A DNA stretch of 64,000 nucleotides from an uncultured Fluviicola sp. (GTDB lineage: Bacteria; Bacteroidota; Bacteroidia; Flavobacteriales_D; Crocinitomicaceae). Shown here piece after piece: positions 1 through 8,745 of this stretch. The first letter of the stretch is position 1. The number at the start of each line of letters is the position of its first letter. Made by a program: the position numbers and the translations under genes. Under the pieces are notes generated by a model that did not search any database, had not been told where the DNA came from, and was given only the letters and a program-made list of their open reading frames with translations. The stretch covers positions 118,149 to 182,148 of the forward strand of contig CAZOKJ010000001.1 in the NCBI GenBank assembly GCA_964580465.1, in the 5' to 3' direction.

Positions 1-651
1 CCCACCAAAGTTAGCAGGCATTCCACCTTTTATAAGGTTCACATTTTTGACTGCATCTGGATTAAAAACAGAAAAAAAGCCAAATAAATGAGAAGCATTG
101 TAAACCACAGCTTCATCGAGCAATACTAAGTTTTGATCAGGTCCACCACCACGGACATAAAAACCTTGACCACCTTCAGAAACAGAAGAAACTCCAGGTA
201 GTAATTGTATGATTTTTACAGGGTCAACTTCTCCCATAAATGCAGGTAGCTTTTTTATTTCATCAATGCCAAGTTCAATTTGTCCCATGTTGGCACTTTC
301 CACATTGGCTGATTTTTTAGCACTTACTATTACTTCATCAATTTGTTTTGATGGAATTTTGAGTGAGATATTGATGGTTGTGTCATTGATAAAGCGAATA
401 CGTCTTGTTTCTTTCATCATTCCGGGAGCCGAAAAGTCTATTGTAAATTCGCCTTTTACAACGGTTAATGAGTAAAAACCATATTCGTTAGCAGTAGCTG
501 CTTTTGCTAGTTCAGGAATTGAAATTTTAGCACCAAAAAGAGTTTCACCATTTTCTTCACTTTTGATAACGCCAGAAACAGTTACCTTATCTTGTGAAAA
601 AGCAAATGAGGCAGTAAATATTGACAAATAAAGAATAAACAATCGTAGCAT
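1..651 (-). CDS. TonB-dependent receptor, N-terminal part (gene runs off the left window edge)
   Basis: Not in the ORF track. Minus-strand translation from the ATG at 651..649 stays open to base 1. It gives MLRLFILYLSIFTASFAFSQ (signal peptide), then a carboxypeptidase-regulatory-like region (VSGVIKSEENGETLFGAKI...NEYGFYSL), then plug-domain motifs (DPVKIIQLLPGV, GFYVRGGGPDQN, IKGGMPANFGG). Confidence 0.8.
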   Translation of the reverse strand, partial: MLRLFILYLSIFTASFAFSQDKVTVSGVIKSEENGETLFGAKISIPELAKAATANEYGFYSLTVVKGEFTIDFSAPGMMKETRRIRFINDTTINISLKIPSKQIDEVIVSAKKSANVESANMGQIELGIDEIKKLPAFMGEVDPVKIIQLLPGVSSVSEGGQGFYVRGGGPDQNLVLLDEAVVYNASHLFGFFSVFNPDAVKNVNLIKGGMPANFGG

Positions 652-711
652 GCTAGTTTGATAATTGATTTTAACGAACTAAATTAATCACAATTAAAAC
701 TAAATGCAAAT

Positions 712-1800
712 TTATTTATTTTGCGGATGTTTGAGTGTGTTCCTATACAACAAAATAAAAACAATTGCACCCAATATAATGGAGGTAAATAGTAAATAAA
801 ATGATTTTTTTAAGACAAAATAAATGCTAAGAATACTTAGTGTTGAAAAAATAAACGATATTGCCACGAACACATACCATACTTGACGATCGTTTAAGCC
901 AGCATAAACTAAATGATGCGTTGTATGATCTTTACCACCAATCATTGGGGATTGTCCTTTCTTTAAACGATTAATAACTACTGTTAAAGTGTCAGAAAAT
1001 GGAGCAGTAAAGGTTATTAGTATTAGTAAAAACCCAATTTCAGTACCTAAACTTTGATCTACTCCAACCATCCAAATGTTTTCTATGGTAACAAATGCCA
1101 CATAAAAACCGAAAAATTGAGAGCCAGCGTCACCCATGAATAACTTGGATGGATTGATATTGAAGTATAAAAAACCAATAAGTCCGCCAATTAAAGAGAT
1201 GTTTAAAATCGACCAAATGTCAATGCTTACGCCGTTAATTATCCAGTTGATAATCAAAGAAGTTGCTATAATGAATAAAACAACCGTTCCTGTAATACCG
1301 TCCATGTTATCAAGCATATTGAGAGAATTCATCAGTAAAACCACCCAAAAAACAGTAAGAGTACTATTGATGAGGTAATTATCTGTTATTTTTATCATAG
1401 AATCATAGTGTACTAGGATAATTCCACAGAAAATTTGAGCTGATAATTTGAGTAAAGGTTTGGTGTTGTATGCATCATCTGCCAATCCCATGATAAAAGC
1501 AATCGTTCCAGCAATAAAAACACCGCTGAATTTCGGGATGGAGAACAAATTAATGTCTTTAAAAATTCCTTGAAAAATTAAAAAAGTAAAAATAAATACT
1601 GCATAAAAACTAACCCCTCCTAATGAAGGTTTTGATTGATTGCTCCATCTAATAACAACGTCATTTTTATTTCTAATTCCTAATGAGGAAGAAAATTGTA
1701 GTAATAGTATATTAGAAACGGCGGCAATTAATATACCACAGAGGCAAAAAATGATTAGATAAAATAATTGGTCACTCATAATTGTAGTTTTATAATTCAT
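712..1800 (-). CDS. Polyprenyl-phosphate sugar-1-phosphate transferase (MraY/WecA family, glycosyltransferase family 4)
   Basis: 362 aa, polytopic membrane protein. Family motifs are MGLADDAYNTKP, NMLDNMDG and FMGDAGSQFFG. Last gene of the polysaccharide operon. Confidence 0.85.
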   Translation of the reverse strand: MNYKTTIMSDQLFYLIIFCLCGILIAAVSNILLLQFSSSLGIRNKNDVVIRWSNQSKPSLGGVSFYAVFIFTFLIFQGIFKDINLFSIPKFSGVFIAGTIAFIMGLADDAYNTKPLLKLSAQIFCGIILVHYDSMIKITDNYLINSTLTVFWVVLLMNSLNMLDNMDGITGTVVLFIIATSLIINWIINGVSIDIWSILNISLIGGLIGFLYFNINPSKLFMGDAGSQFFGFYVAFVTIENIWMVGVDQSLGTEIGFLLILITFTAPFSDTLTVVINRLKKGQSPMIGGKDHTTHHLVYAGLNDRQVWYVFVAISFIFSTLSILSIYFVLKKSFYLLFTSIILGAIVFILLYRNTLKHPQNK

Positions 1801-2341
1801 AAGGAGAAATAAAATCTTTCCATTTTATTCCTTGTGCATCTTTTTCAGATATCAGTGGATTTTTTATTTGCCAATCAATGTTTAAATCATTGTCATTCCA
1901 AATAATTGTCCTTTCTGAATAAGGGTGGTAGTAGTTGGTACATTTATATAAAAACTGTGTATTGTTCTCAAGTGCTACGAAACCGTGAGCAAATCCCTCC
2001 GGTATCCAAAACATTTTACGGTTTTCTGCAGAAATAAATTCAGCATGCCATTGACCATAAGTTGGTGAATTTTGTCTCAAATCCACTGCGATATCCAAAA
2101 CAGAACCATGAGCCACGCGGACTAACTTTCCTTGTGCATAAGGTGGAATTTGAAAGTGTAGTCCACGAAGCACATTCTCCGAAGACATCGATTCATTGTC
2201 TTGCACAAAAATTATTTTCCTACCAACTGCCTCATTGAATACCTGCTGATTAAAACTTTCGAAGAAATAACCTCTGTTGTCAACGATTTTTTTTGGTATG
2301 AACGTAATTAATCCTTCTATTGATAACTTATTTATTTCCAT
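1790..2341 (-). CDS. rfbC: dTDP-4-dehydrorhamnose 3,5-epimerase
   Basis: 183 aa cupin with typical RmlC motifs (DNRGYFFESF, LRGLHFQ, KLVRV, AHGF). Overlaps both neighbouring genes by 10-11 nt. Confidence 0.9.
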   Translation of the reverse strand: MEINKLSIEGLITFIPKKIVDNRGYFFESFNQQVFNEAVGRKIIFVQDNESMSSENVLRGLHFQIPPYAQGKLVRVAHGSVLDIAVDLRQNSPTYGQWHAEFISAENRKMFWIPEGFAHGFVALENNTQFLYKCTNYYHPYSERTIIWNDNDLNIDWQIKNPLISEKDAQGIKWKDFISPYEL

Positions 2342-4734
2342 TTTTTTTTGAATATTCTATTAATCAGTTTTTTAGTTTTAGAAAGCACTTTGGATTGTAC
2401 TGTTGTTTCACCTCTCGAATATTCATCATAGTAACCATATCCATATCCGTATTGATTACTTCTAGTAGCTTCAATCCCGTTTAGAATAACGTTTAACTTG
2501 GTGAGTTGCTTCATTTCAAAGAATTCTTTGATTCTAAAAGCAAAATTTCTTTTTGAGTATTGTGATTTGAATACGTAAATAGGAATGTCTGCTTCTGTTA
2601 AAATCTTTACACCGTCAGAAACTAGACCAACCGGAGGATTATCTATTACAATAATATCGTATCTTGCTTTTAATTCTTTAATAATTTCTGTAAAACTCTT
2701 GTTGAGGAGCAGTTCTGAAGGGTTAGGAGGAATAGGACCAGAAGTAATAACATCTAGGTTGGTTTCCACGTTTTCTACGATGGCTTCGTCTAGGGAAATT
2801 TTACCAATGATTAAATTACTCATTCCTTTATCGTTAGGTAATTTGAAAGCTAAATTTACCTTAGGTTTTCGCATGTCTAAATCCAGCAAAATGGTCTTTT
2901 TCCCTGTCATGGCAATAATAGCCGACAAGTTGAGAGCAACAAAGGTTTTTCCTTCTCCAGAAATGGAAGAAGTTATGGCAATTGTTTTGTAATCAGGGTT
3001 AATGTAACTTAAGTTAACCCTTATTTTTCTCATTGCTTCTGCCATCACAGATTTAGGTGATTGCGTAACCACAACTTGTGAGTGGGACATTTCTGCTTTT
3101 GTGAGCGGTACACCACCCAACACAGTTGCTTGAGGTGGCAAGATGCTTTCTAAATCTTGAATAAGATTAATTTCGTTAAAACTGACATATTTTAAGAATA
3201 ACATGCCAATTCCTAAGAACAAACCAAAGAAAAGGAAACTCATCATAATGACTTTTCCATTTGGTTCTACGGGAGAACCCTCATTTACAGGCATTTGTAA
3301 AATACGATTGTTGGATGAAAAACCTGCGTCAGAGATGGAAAATTGTACCTTTTTCTCAGTCAAGAGTTGGAAATATTTCTCGTTTAAGTCTTGGATGTTT
3401 TTTAAACGATTGTACTCCATTCTTTTTTCGGGTAACTTAGCATATTCTCCTTCTAATTCACCCAATTTTGCTATAATCACATGTCTTCTCCCACGTAAAC
3501 GTTCCTCAATAGTAGAAATACTGCGTGAAATTTGTTTTGTTTTCTCGTTTATCTTTTTGTCCAATCGTTTAGCCTCCGCACTCTCAGGAGTAACTTTAAA
3601 CAATAGCTCATCCTTTTCTTCAAACAAAGTATGAAGTGCTTCAATGTGATTGGATAAAGCACTTTCATAAGACTTTCCGAGTAATTCTGGAAGGATTTTA
3701 TAAATGTCTAATCGTCCAGGATTTTCTTGTAAACGTTTGTTGATAGAACGCAAAGTGGCTGTTTCATCATCAATGGAAAACAATTCTTCTTGAAATTTAT
3801 TCGCTTCAGACTGCAAGTCCGTTCCGCTACTTTCTGGGTCTGCTAAATTAACAGTTCGCTGAAAATTCATCAAACTATCCTTGGAACGTTTGAGTTCTAA
3901 AGATAAAGAGTCTAATTGTGAGTCGATAAAATTCAAAATATTTTCAGAACCCTTCTTTTTTAATTTGACGGAATAATCAATAAAAGCATGCGCGAGACCT
4001 AAAGTAATATCATAACAAATTTTAGAATTGTCACCTTTGAAACTTAGCAAAACTGTACGAGCTCTTTCATCCAAAGGCATAACTGTTAATCCCTCATAAA
4101 ATCTGTTTTTAATTGTTGTCCCGTTATTAAACACAAAATAAACTTCGTTTGATTCTGTGTCATTTTTTAAAACTTCTGGTACTTCTGATTTAATAATCAC
4201 ATCAAAATGAGGGGTAATGATATGCTCACCAAGTTTTTCTTTAAACGTATTTAATTTACCATCGTGGTAGTAGCTTAATTCAATCATGTCGTTGTTGTAA
4301 TCGACACGAATAGGAACATTTATTAATGTTGAATCGGTTAGTTGATAGGGAAAAATTTGAATGTTAGCAATTTTATATTTTTCTTCTGTCAGAAATTTCC
4401 CTTTATAGAAAATACTAGTATGCATCTCAAGGCGCTTGAGTGCATTTGTAAAGAGTAATTCTGATTTTAAAAGCTCAACATCAGAGTAAAATAAGTCTTT
4501 TTTGGTATTGATATTGTCAATGTCGATTACGCTTTTTGCATTGTCCTCGCTTTCTAATTGCAATACTAATTGCGCTTCGTATTTGGGTTTAGTGTAACGT
4601 AAATACACTACTGCAAATGAATAAAAAACGAGCATAAACAAAGGTATCCACCACCAAAAGCGTTTTAATATGGTGCGAAATAATAAGGCATCATATTTTT
4701 TGTTGATAATGAAGTTGTTTGTGTTCTCAGCCAT
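2332..4734 (-). CDS. wzc: Polysaccharide co-polymerase / tyrosine autokinase (Wzc/GumC-like)
   Basis: 800 aa. N-terminal TM helix, long coiled-coil periplasmic region and a second TM helix. P-loop kinase domain (SSISGEGKTF Walker A, LLDLDMRKP A', IVIDNPPV B). C-terminal Tyr cluster NQYGYGYGYYDEY. Confidence 0.85.
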   Translation of the reverse strand: MAENTNNFIINKKYDALLFRTILKRFWWWIPLFMLVFYSFAVVYLRYTKPKYEAQLVLQLESEDNAKSVIDIDNINTKKDLFYSDVELLKSELLFTNALKRLEMHTSIFYKGKFLTEEKYKIANIQIFPYQLTDSTLINVPIRVDYNNDMIELSYYHDGKLNTFKEKLGEHIITPHFDVIIKSEVPEVLKNDTESNEVYFVFNNGTTIKNRFYEGLTVMPLDERARTVLLSFKGDNSKICYDITLGLAHAFIDYSVKLKKKGSENILNFIDSQLDSLSLELKRSKDSLMNFQRTVNLADPESSGTDLQSEANKFQEELFSIDDETATLRSINKRLQENPGRLDIYKILPELLGKSYESALSNHIEALHTLFEEKDELLFKVTPESAEAKRLDKKINEKTKQISRSISTIEERLRGRRHVIIAKLGELEGEYAKLPEKRMEYNRLKNIQDLNEKYFQLLTEKKVQFSISDAGFSSNNRILQMPVNEGSPVEPNGKVIMMSFLFFGLFLGIGMLFLKYVSFNEINLIQDLESILPPQATVLGGVPLTKAEMSHSQVVVTQSPKSVMAEAMRKIRVNLSYINPDYKTIAITSSISGEGKTFVALNLSAIIAMTGKKTILLDLDMRKPKVNLAFKLPNDKGMSNLIIGKISLDEAIVENVETNLDVITSGPIPPNPSELLLNKSFTEIIKELKARYDIIVIDNPPVGLVSDGVKILTEADIPIYVFKSQYSKRNFAFRIKEFFEMKQLTKLNVILNGIEATRSNQYGYGYGYYDEYSRGETTVQSKVLSKTKKLINRIFKKKWK

Positions 4735-4736
4735 AG

Positions 4737-5510
4737 TTATTTGTATGTCTTTATTACTGTGAAAATCACTAGTGCACTAGAAATAATGGATACTATAGGT
4801 GCAATTTCTTTCACCACTTCTTTTGCAATTTGAGGGCTTGGTTCAATGTAAATGTAGTCATTTGCTTGAACAATCATATCTACATATTTCAATCCTTCAA
4901 TAGTTGATAAATCAATGACATAGATGTTTCTAACTCCATCCTGTCCTCTTCTCATGACTTTAACTTTTTTAGCCTTCCCACGTTCGGTAATACCACCAGC
5001 TTGAGCAATTGCTTCCATGAGTGTAGTGTTGCTGTTAACCAACGAAATCACCTTGGCATCGCTACCATTTCCAGGGAAAACTACTACACGTTGATTCGTG
5101 ATTTGTACTTGAACAAAAGGATGGTTGTACTCTTTTCCATATAATTCTTCCAATAAATCCTCACATTCAGAAACGGATAAGCCTTGCACTTTTACTTTTC
5201 CTAACTTTGGGATTTCAATTGTTCCATCGCGCTTTACAAGGTATTCAACTGGTGCTCCAGTAATAGATTTTGCTGCTACATCGGCATTTCCTTGTAGCAA
5301 GATCTCACCATGATTGGTGTATAATTGAAAGGTTACTTTGTCATCAATTGAAATTAAATAATCAGCATCAGGTGATAAAGGAATGGAATCGTAATGCACT
5401 ACATCACCTTTGGCTTGTTTAAACATAATGTTTGAATTAATGCTACAGCTTGATACCCCTGCCACTAGCAATGTAGTTAAAATAAGTATTTGTAGTCGTT
5501 TATATAACAT
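4737..5510 (-). CDS. wza: Polysaccharide export outer-membrane protein (Wza family: Poly_export + SLBB)
   Basis: 257 aa. Lipoprotein-type signal (LVAGVSSC). Export and SLBB-like sequence (YLISIDDKVTFQLY, TLMEAIAQAGGITERG). Lies directly upstream of wzc. Confidence 0.8.
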   Translation of the reverse strand: MLYKRLQILILTTLLVAGVSSCSINSNIMFKQAKGDVVHYDSIPLSPDADYLISIDDKVTFQLYTNHGEILLQGNADVAAKSITGAPVEYLVKRDGTIEIPKLGKVKVQGLSVSECEDLLEELYGKEYNHPFVQVQITNQRVVVFPGNGSDAKVISLVNSNTTLMEAIAQAGGITERGKAKKVKVMRRGQDGVRNIYVIDLSTIEGLKYVDMIVQANDYIYIEPSPQIAKEVVKEIAPIVSIISSALVIFTVIKTYK

Positions 5511-6711
5511 TTTTTTCTTTCAATAATGTAAAATAAAGTTCTCTCATATTGCTAACTAAACGAGTGTAGTGAAAATGATCCTTTACAAAGTCCCATCCAG
5601 ATTCTGAAAGATATTTTCTTAAACTGTCGTCTTCAATTAATGAAAGTAACTTCTCCTTATACTCTTCTTTGGTGTTGGAGGTTACAATTAAACCTGTTTT
5701 TTTATCATCAATAACATCACTTACACCGCCTACATTTGTTGAAATAACAGGAACATTGGCAGCTTGGGCTTCAATTAAACTAACAGGTGTGCCTTCATTT
5801 TTTGAACACAAACAAATGATATCCATACCTGGATTAAAAGTTGCAATGTCCTTAATCCAAGACGTTAATTCGAATTTTACCGTGTTAGGCCATTCAAAAT
5901 CAGCTATTTGTTTTTCAATGGAAGGTTTTTCTTCTCCATCACCAACGATAAAGATACGTAGATTTTTTGTTGTAAGCGCAGAAATCTCTTTTAAAACATC
6001 AATAAAAAATGAATGGTTTTTAATTGGTGCTAATCTTCCGATGATTCCAATGGCTATTTCATCCTCTGCTAAGTGATAATTTTTTCTAGTAATCTCTCTG
6101 TTTTTGTCCTTGTCTTCTTGAAACTTTGTTAGGTCAAATCCTAGTGGAATGACAGCAGTTTGTTGTTGCTTACTAATTTTATGAACGTGTACCAATTCAT
6201 GTTTTTGAAGAGGCGAAATGGCAATTATTTTTGAACTGTTCTTTGCCAACTTTCGTTCAATTTCTTTAAACACAGCCGTTTTTAATGGATTGAAATAACC
6301 TTGAAAAACATGTCCGTGAAAGGTGTGTACAATAACAGGTACTTTTGCATTTTTTGCTGCCCTTCTTCCTAAAGCACCAGCTTTTGCAGCATGTGTGTGA
6401 ACGATGTCTGGCTTAAATTCTTCAATGATTGCCTTAATTTTTTTATAAGCTGCTCTGTCTGATTTTAAACTTGGAGTACGTTGCATTTCCTCAAGCAACA
6501 AGGGAGTAACATTGTATTCCTCTAGTACATGCAAAGAGTCTGCCTCTCCTTTCTCTGGTAAACCTCCAATCAATAGCGTTTCAAACTCATCTCCTAGGAA
6601 GGAAGTAAGGAAAGTGGCATTGTATGTAGGACCTCCAATATTAAATCGGTTGATAATTCTTAAAACTTTTATCCTTCTCACTTTAAAAAATGGCAGTATA
6701 TTTGATAACAA
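5500..6711 (-). CDS. Glycosyltransferase, GT-B fold (family 4)
   Basis: 403 aa. N-terminal LRIINRFNIGGP. C-terminal sugar-donor motif SKNEGTPVSLIEAQAANVPVISTNVGG. Confidence 0.8.
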   Translation of the reverse strand: MLSNILPFFKVRRIKVLRIINRFNIGGPTYNATFLTSFLGDEFETLLIGGLPEKGEADSLHVLEEYNVTPLLLEEMQRTPSLKSDRAAYKKIKAIIEEFKPDIVHTHAAKAGALGRRAAKNAKVPVIVHTFHGHVFQGYFNPLKTAVFKEIERKLAKNSSKIIAISPLQKHELVHVHKISKQQQTAVIPLGFDLTKFQEDKDKNREITRKNYHLAEDEIAIGIIGRLAPIKNHSFFIDVLKEISALTTKNLRIFIVGDGEEKPSIEKQIADFEWPNTVKFELTSWIKDIATFNPGMDIICLCSKNEGTPVSLIEAQAANVPVISTNVGGVSDVIDDKKTGLIVTSNTKEEYKEKLLSLIEDDSLRKYLSESGWDFVKDHFHYTRLVSNMRELYFTLLKEKNVI

Positions 6712-6744
6712 TTTACAAATGTTAACTTTTTAATTTAATAAACA

Positions 6745-8187
6745 ATGAAACGGTTTAACTTTTATTTGATTTTTCTGTGTTTTTTGACGTTGAACAATTT
6801 TACTTTTGCTCAAAAAAACGATAATACTGCTATAAATCAATTTGTTTCATCCGCAGGGTTTGAAAATGCTTCTATTGGAATTTATGCGGTAGATGTGAAA
6901 ACAAAAGAAGTTGTCATGAGTTTTGACCCTAATCGTTTGTTGGTACCTGCTTCTACCACAAAATTATTTTCAACTTCTTTAGCAATTGATGTGCTAGGAG
7001 GTGATTACAAGCCTGTTACCAAGTTGTATTATGAAGGTTCTATTGAAAAAGGTGCTTTGTTTGGAAACATTTGGATAATAGGTGGTGGTGATATGTCATT
7101 AGGGAGTAAATATTTTGGAACAACTGACAAAACAACTTTTTTAAATGACTGGATTCAGGCTATTCAAAAGGTTGGTATCAACTCAATTCATGGAGATATT
7201 ATTGTAGATGCAGCGTCTTTTGGTTACGATTCACCAGATGATTGGTTGTGGGGAGATATGGGGAATTTTTACGGAGCCCATTTTACTGGTGCAATGGTTT
7301 ATGATAATTTGTTGGAATATCATTTTAAAACTGGTGCAGCTAATACACTTGCGGAATTATTGTACACTTCTCCATTGATTGATGGTTTAGAGTTAAATCA
7401 CACTATTTTGGCTTCTACAAAACCAGGTGATAATGCCTACATTTTTGGTGCTCCTTATTCCAATTATCGAACAGCAAAAGGAACTTTGCCGCAACAAAAA
7501 GCAGATTTTATGGTGAAAGGGAGTATGCCTTATCCAGAGTTGCAACTAGGGATTGAATTAATGAGAGCAATGACCAACCGTTCGCTGACTGTTAATGGAA
7601 AAGTGGTGACAACAAGAGAATACTCATTGAAATTGCCGTCAGAAGCTAAATTACTTTTGTCTTACAATGGTCAACCGATTAGTGAAATTGCAAAAATGAC
7701 TAACTATGAAAGTATCAATGTTTTTGCTGAGGGATTGATGCGACTAACAAGTTTTGAGAAAACAAAAGATGGAAAACATGAGTCAGCCGTGGACTATATG
7801 ACCAATTTTTGGAAAACAAAGTTGAATAGTCCATTTTATTTAGCTGATGGAAGTGGATTGTCTCGAACTACTGCTGTAACTGCCAAATCGTTAACTGAGT
7901 TGTTAGTTTATATGTCAACATCTTCTGGTAGTAAGGTTTTTTATGAAAGTTTACCTGTCTCTGGAGTGAGTGGTACGCTTAAAAATGTTGCAAAAAATCA
8001 ACTTGCTCATGGCAAAATTCATGCTAAAAGTGGTACGATGCGCAGAACAAAATCCTATGCAGGTTATGCAGAGACTGCTTCAGGTAGAACAATTGCATTT
8101 GCTTTTATAGTGAATAATTATACATGTACTAATGCTTTGACTACAAAGCAAATGGAGATGTTGATGAATACTTTAGTTAAAGAATGA
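6745..8187 (+). CDS. dacB: D-alanyl-D-alanine carboxypeptidase/endopeptidase (PBP4, peptidase S13)
   Basis: 480 aa with a signal peptide. SxxK motif ASTTKLFS, a DGSGLS region and a KSGT box. Confidence 0.85.
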   Translation: MKRFNFYLIFLCFLTLNNFTFAQKNDNTAINQFVSSAGFENASIGIYAVDVKTKEVVMSFDPNRLLVPASTTKLFSTSLAIDVLGGDYKPVTKLYYEGSIEKGALFGNIWIIGGGDMSLGSKYFGTTDKTTFLNDWIQAIQKVGINSIHGDIIVDAASFGYDSPDDWLWGDMGNFYGAHFTGAMVYDNLLEYHFKTGAANTLAELLYTSPLIDGLELNHTILASTKPGDNAYIFGAPYSNYRTAKGTLPQQKADFMVKGSMPYPELQLGIELMRAMTNRSLTVNGKVVTTREYSLKLPSEAKLLLSYNGQPISEIAKMTNYESINVFAEGLMRLTSFEKTKDGKHESAVDYMTNFWKTKLNSPFYLADGSGLSRTTAVTAKSLTELLVYMSTSSGSKVFYESLPVSGVSGTLKNVAKNQLAHGKIHAKSGTMRRTKSYAGYAETASGRTIAFAFIVNNYTCTNALTTKQMEMLMNTLVKE

Positions 8188-8231
8188 ATAAATCTTCATT
8201 GAAACAAAGAAGACTTGAGAAGGTGAGCTAG

Positions 8232-8654
8232 TTAATTATCCAATTTGTTGATTATTCCTGAGTTTACAGCTAGTAGATCATTGACAAATTGACGTTTATT
8301 TTTCGGTGAAATGATTACTTCATCAAATTTGCCATATTTCACTAAAATACGATTGAACGATGGAGCAGGAGCAGATAGAATATAGTTTGTTTTTTGTATT
8401 TCTTTTATTTTGGAAATAGTGATTTTTTCAGAAAAGAATCCACTTTTGATTATAAGTGAGTCATTAACAATTGTGTAAGAAGTAAAGAAGAATAAATAGG
8501 TTATAAAAGTTGTTAATACAACAACGAAAGTTAACTCCCATCCTAAATTTGTTGGTTCATTTTGGAATAAATCAATCAACATAGGTGCATTAATAATCGA
8601 AATAACAGCTAAGTAAAGAGGATATGAGACTTTAGAAGGGTGTTTCTTTTGCAT
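8232..8654 (-). CDS. Membrane protein with a bacterial PH-like C-terminal domain
   Basis: 140 aa. Two or three N-terminal TM helices followed by a short soluble domain (ITISKIKEIQKT...FNRILVKYGKFDEVIISP) that resembles bPH-type domains. The assignment is tentative. Confidence 0.45.
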   Translation of the reverse strand: MQKKHPSKVSYPLYLAVISIINAPMLIDLFQNEPTNLGWELTFVVVLTTFITYLFFFTSYTIVNDSLIIKSGFFSEKITISKIKEIQKTNYILSAPAPSFNRILVKYGKFDEVIISPKNKRQFVNDLLAVNSGIINKLDN

Positions 8655-8676
8655 TTTATAACTTTCTAAATTCTAA

Positions 8677-8719
8677 AAAATTAAAGGGATTTTCTACAAA
8701 AGAGAATCCCTTTAATTTT
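8677..8719 (-). terminator. Long hairpin terminator after the giant envelope-protein gene
   Basis: aaaattaaagggattttc / gagaatccctttaatttt forms an 18-bp stem (one G:U) with a 7-nt loop. A/T runs flank it on both sides. It lies between the stop at 8746 and the next start at 8654. Confidence 0.8.
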
Positions 8720-8745
8720 AAAAAGAAATAGTTAGTTCATTTCTA

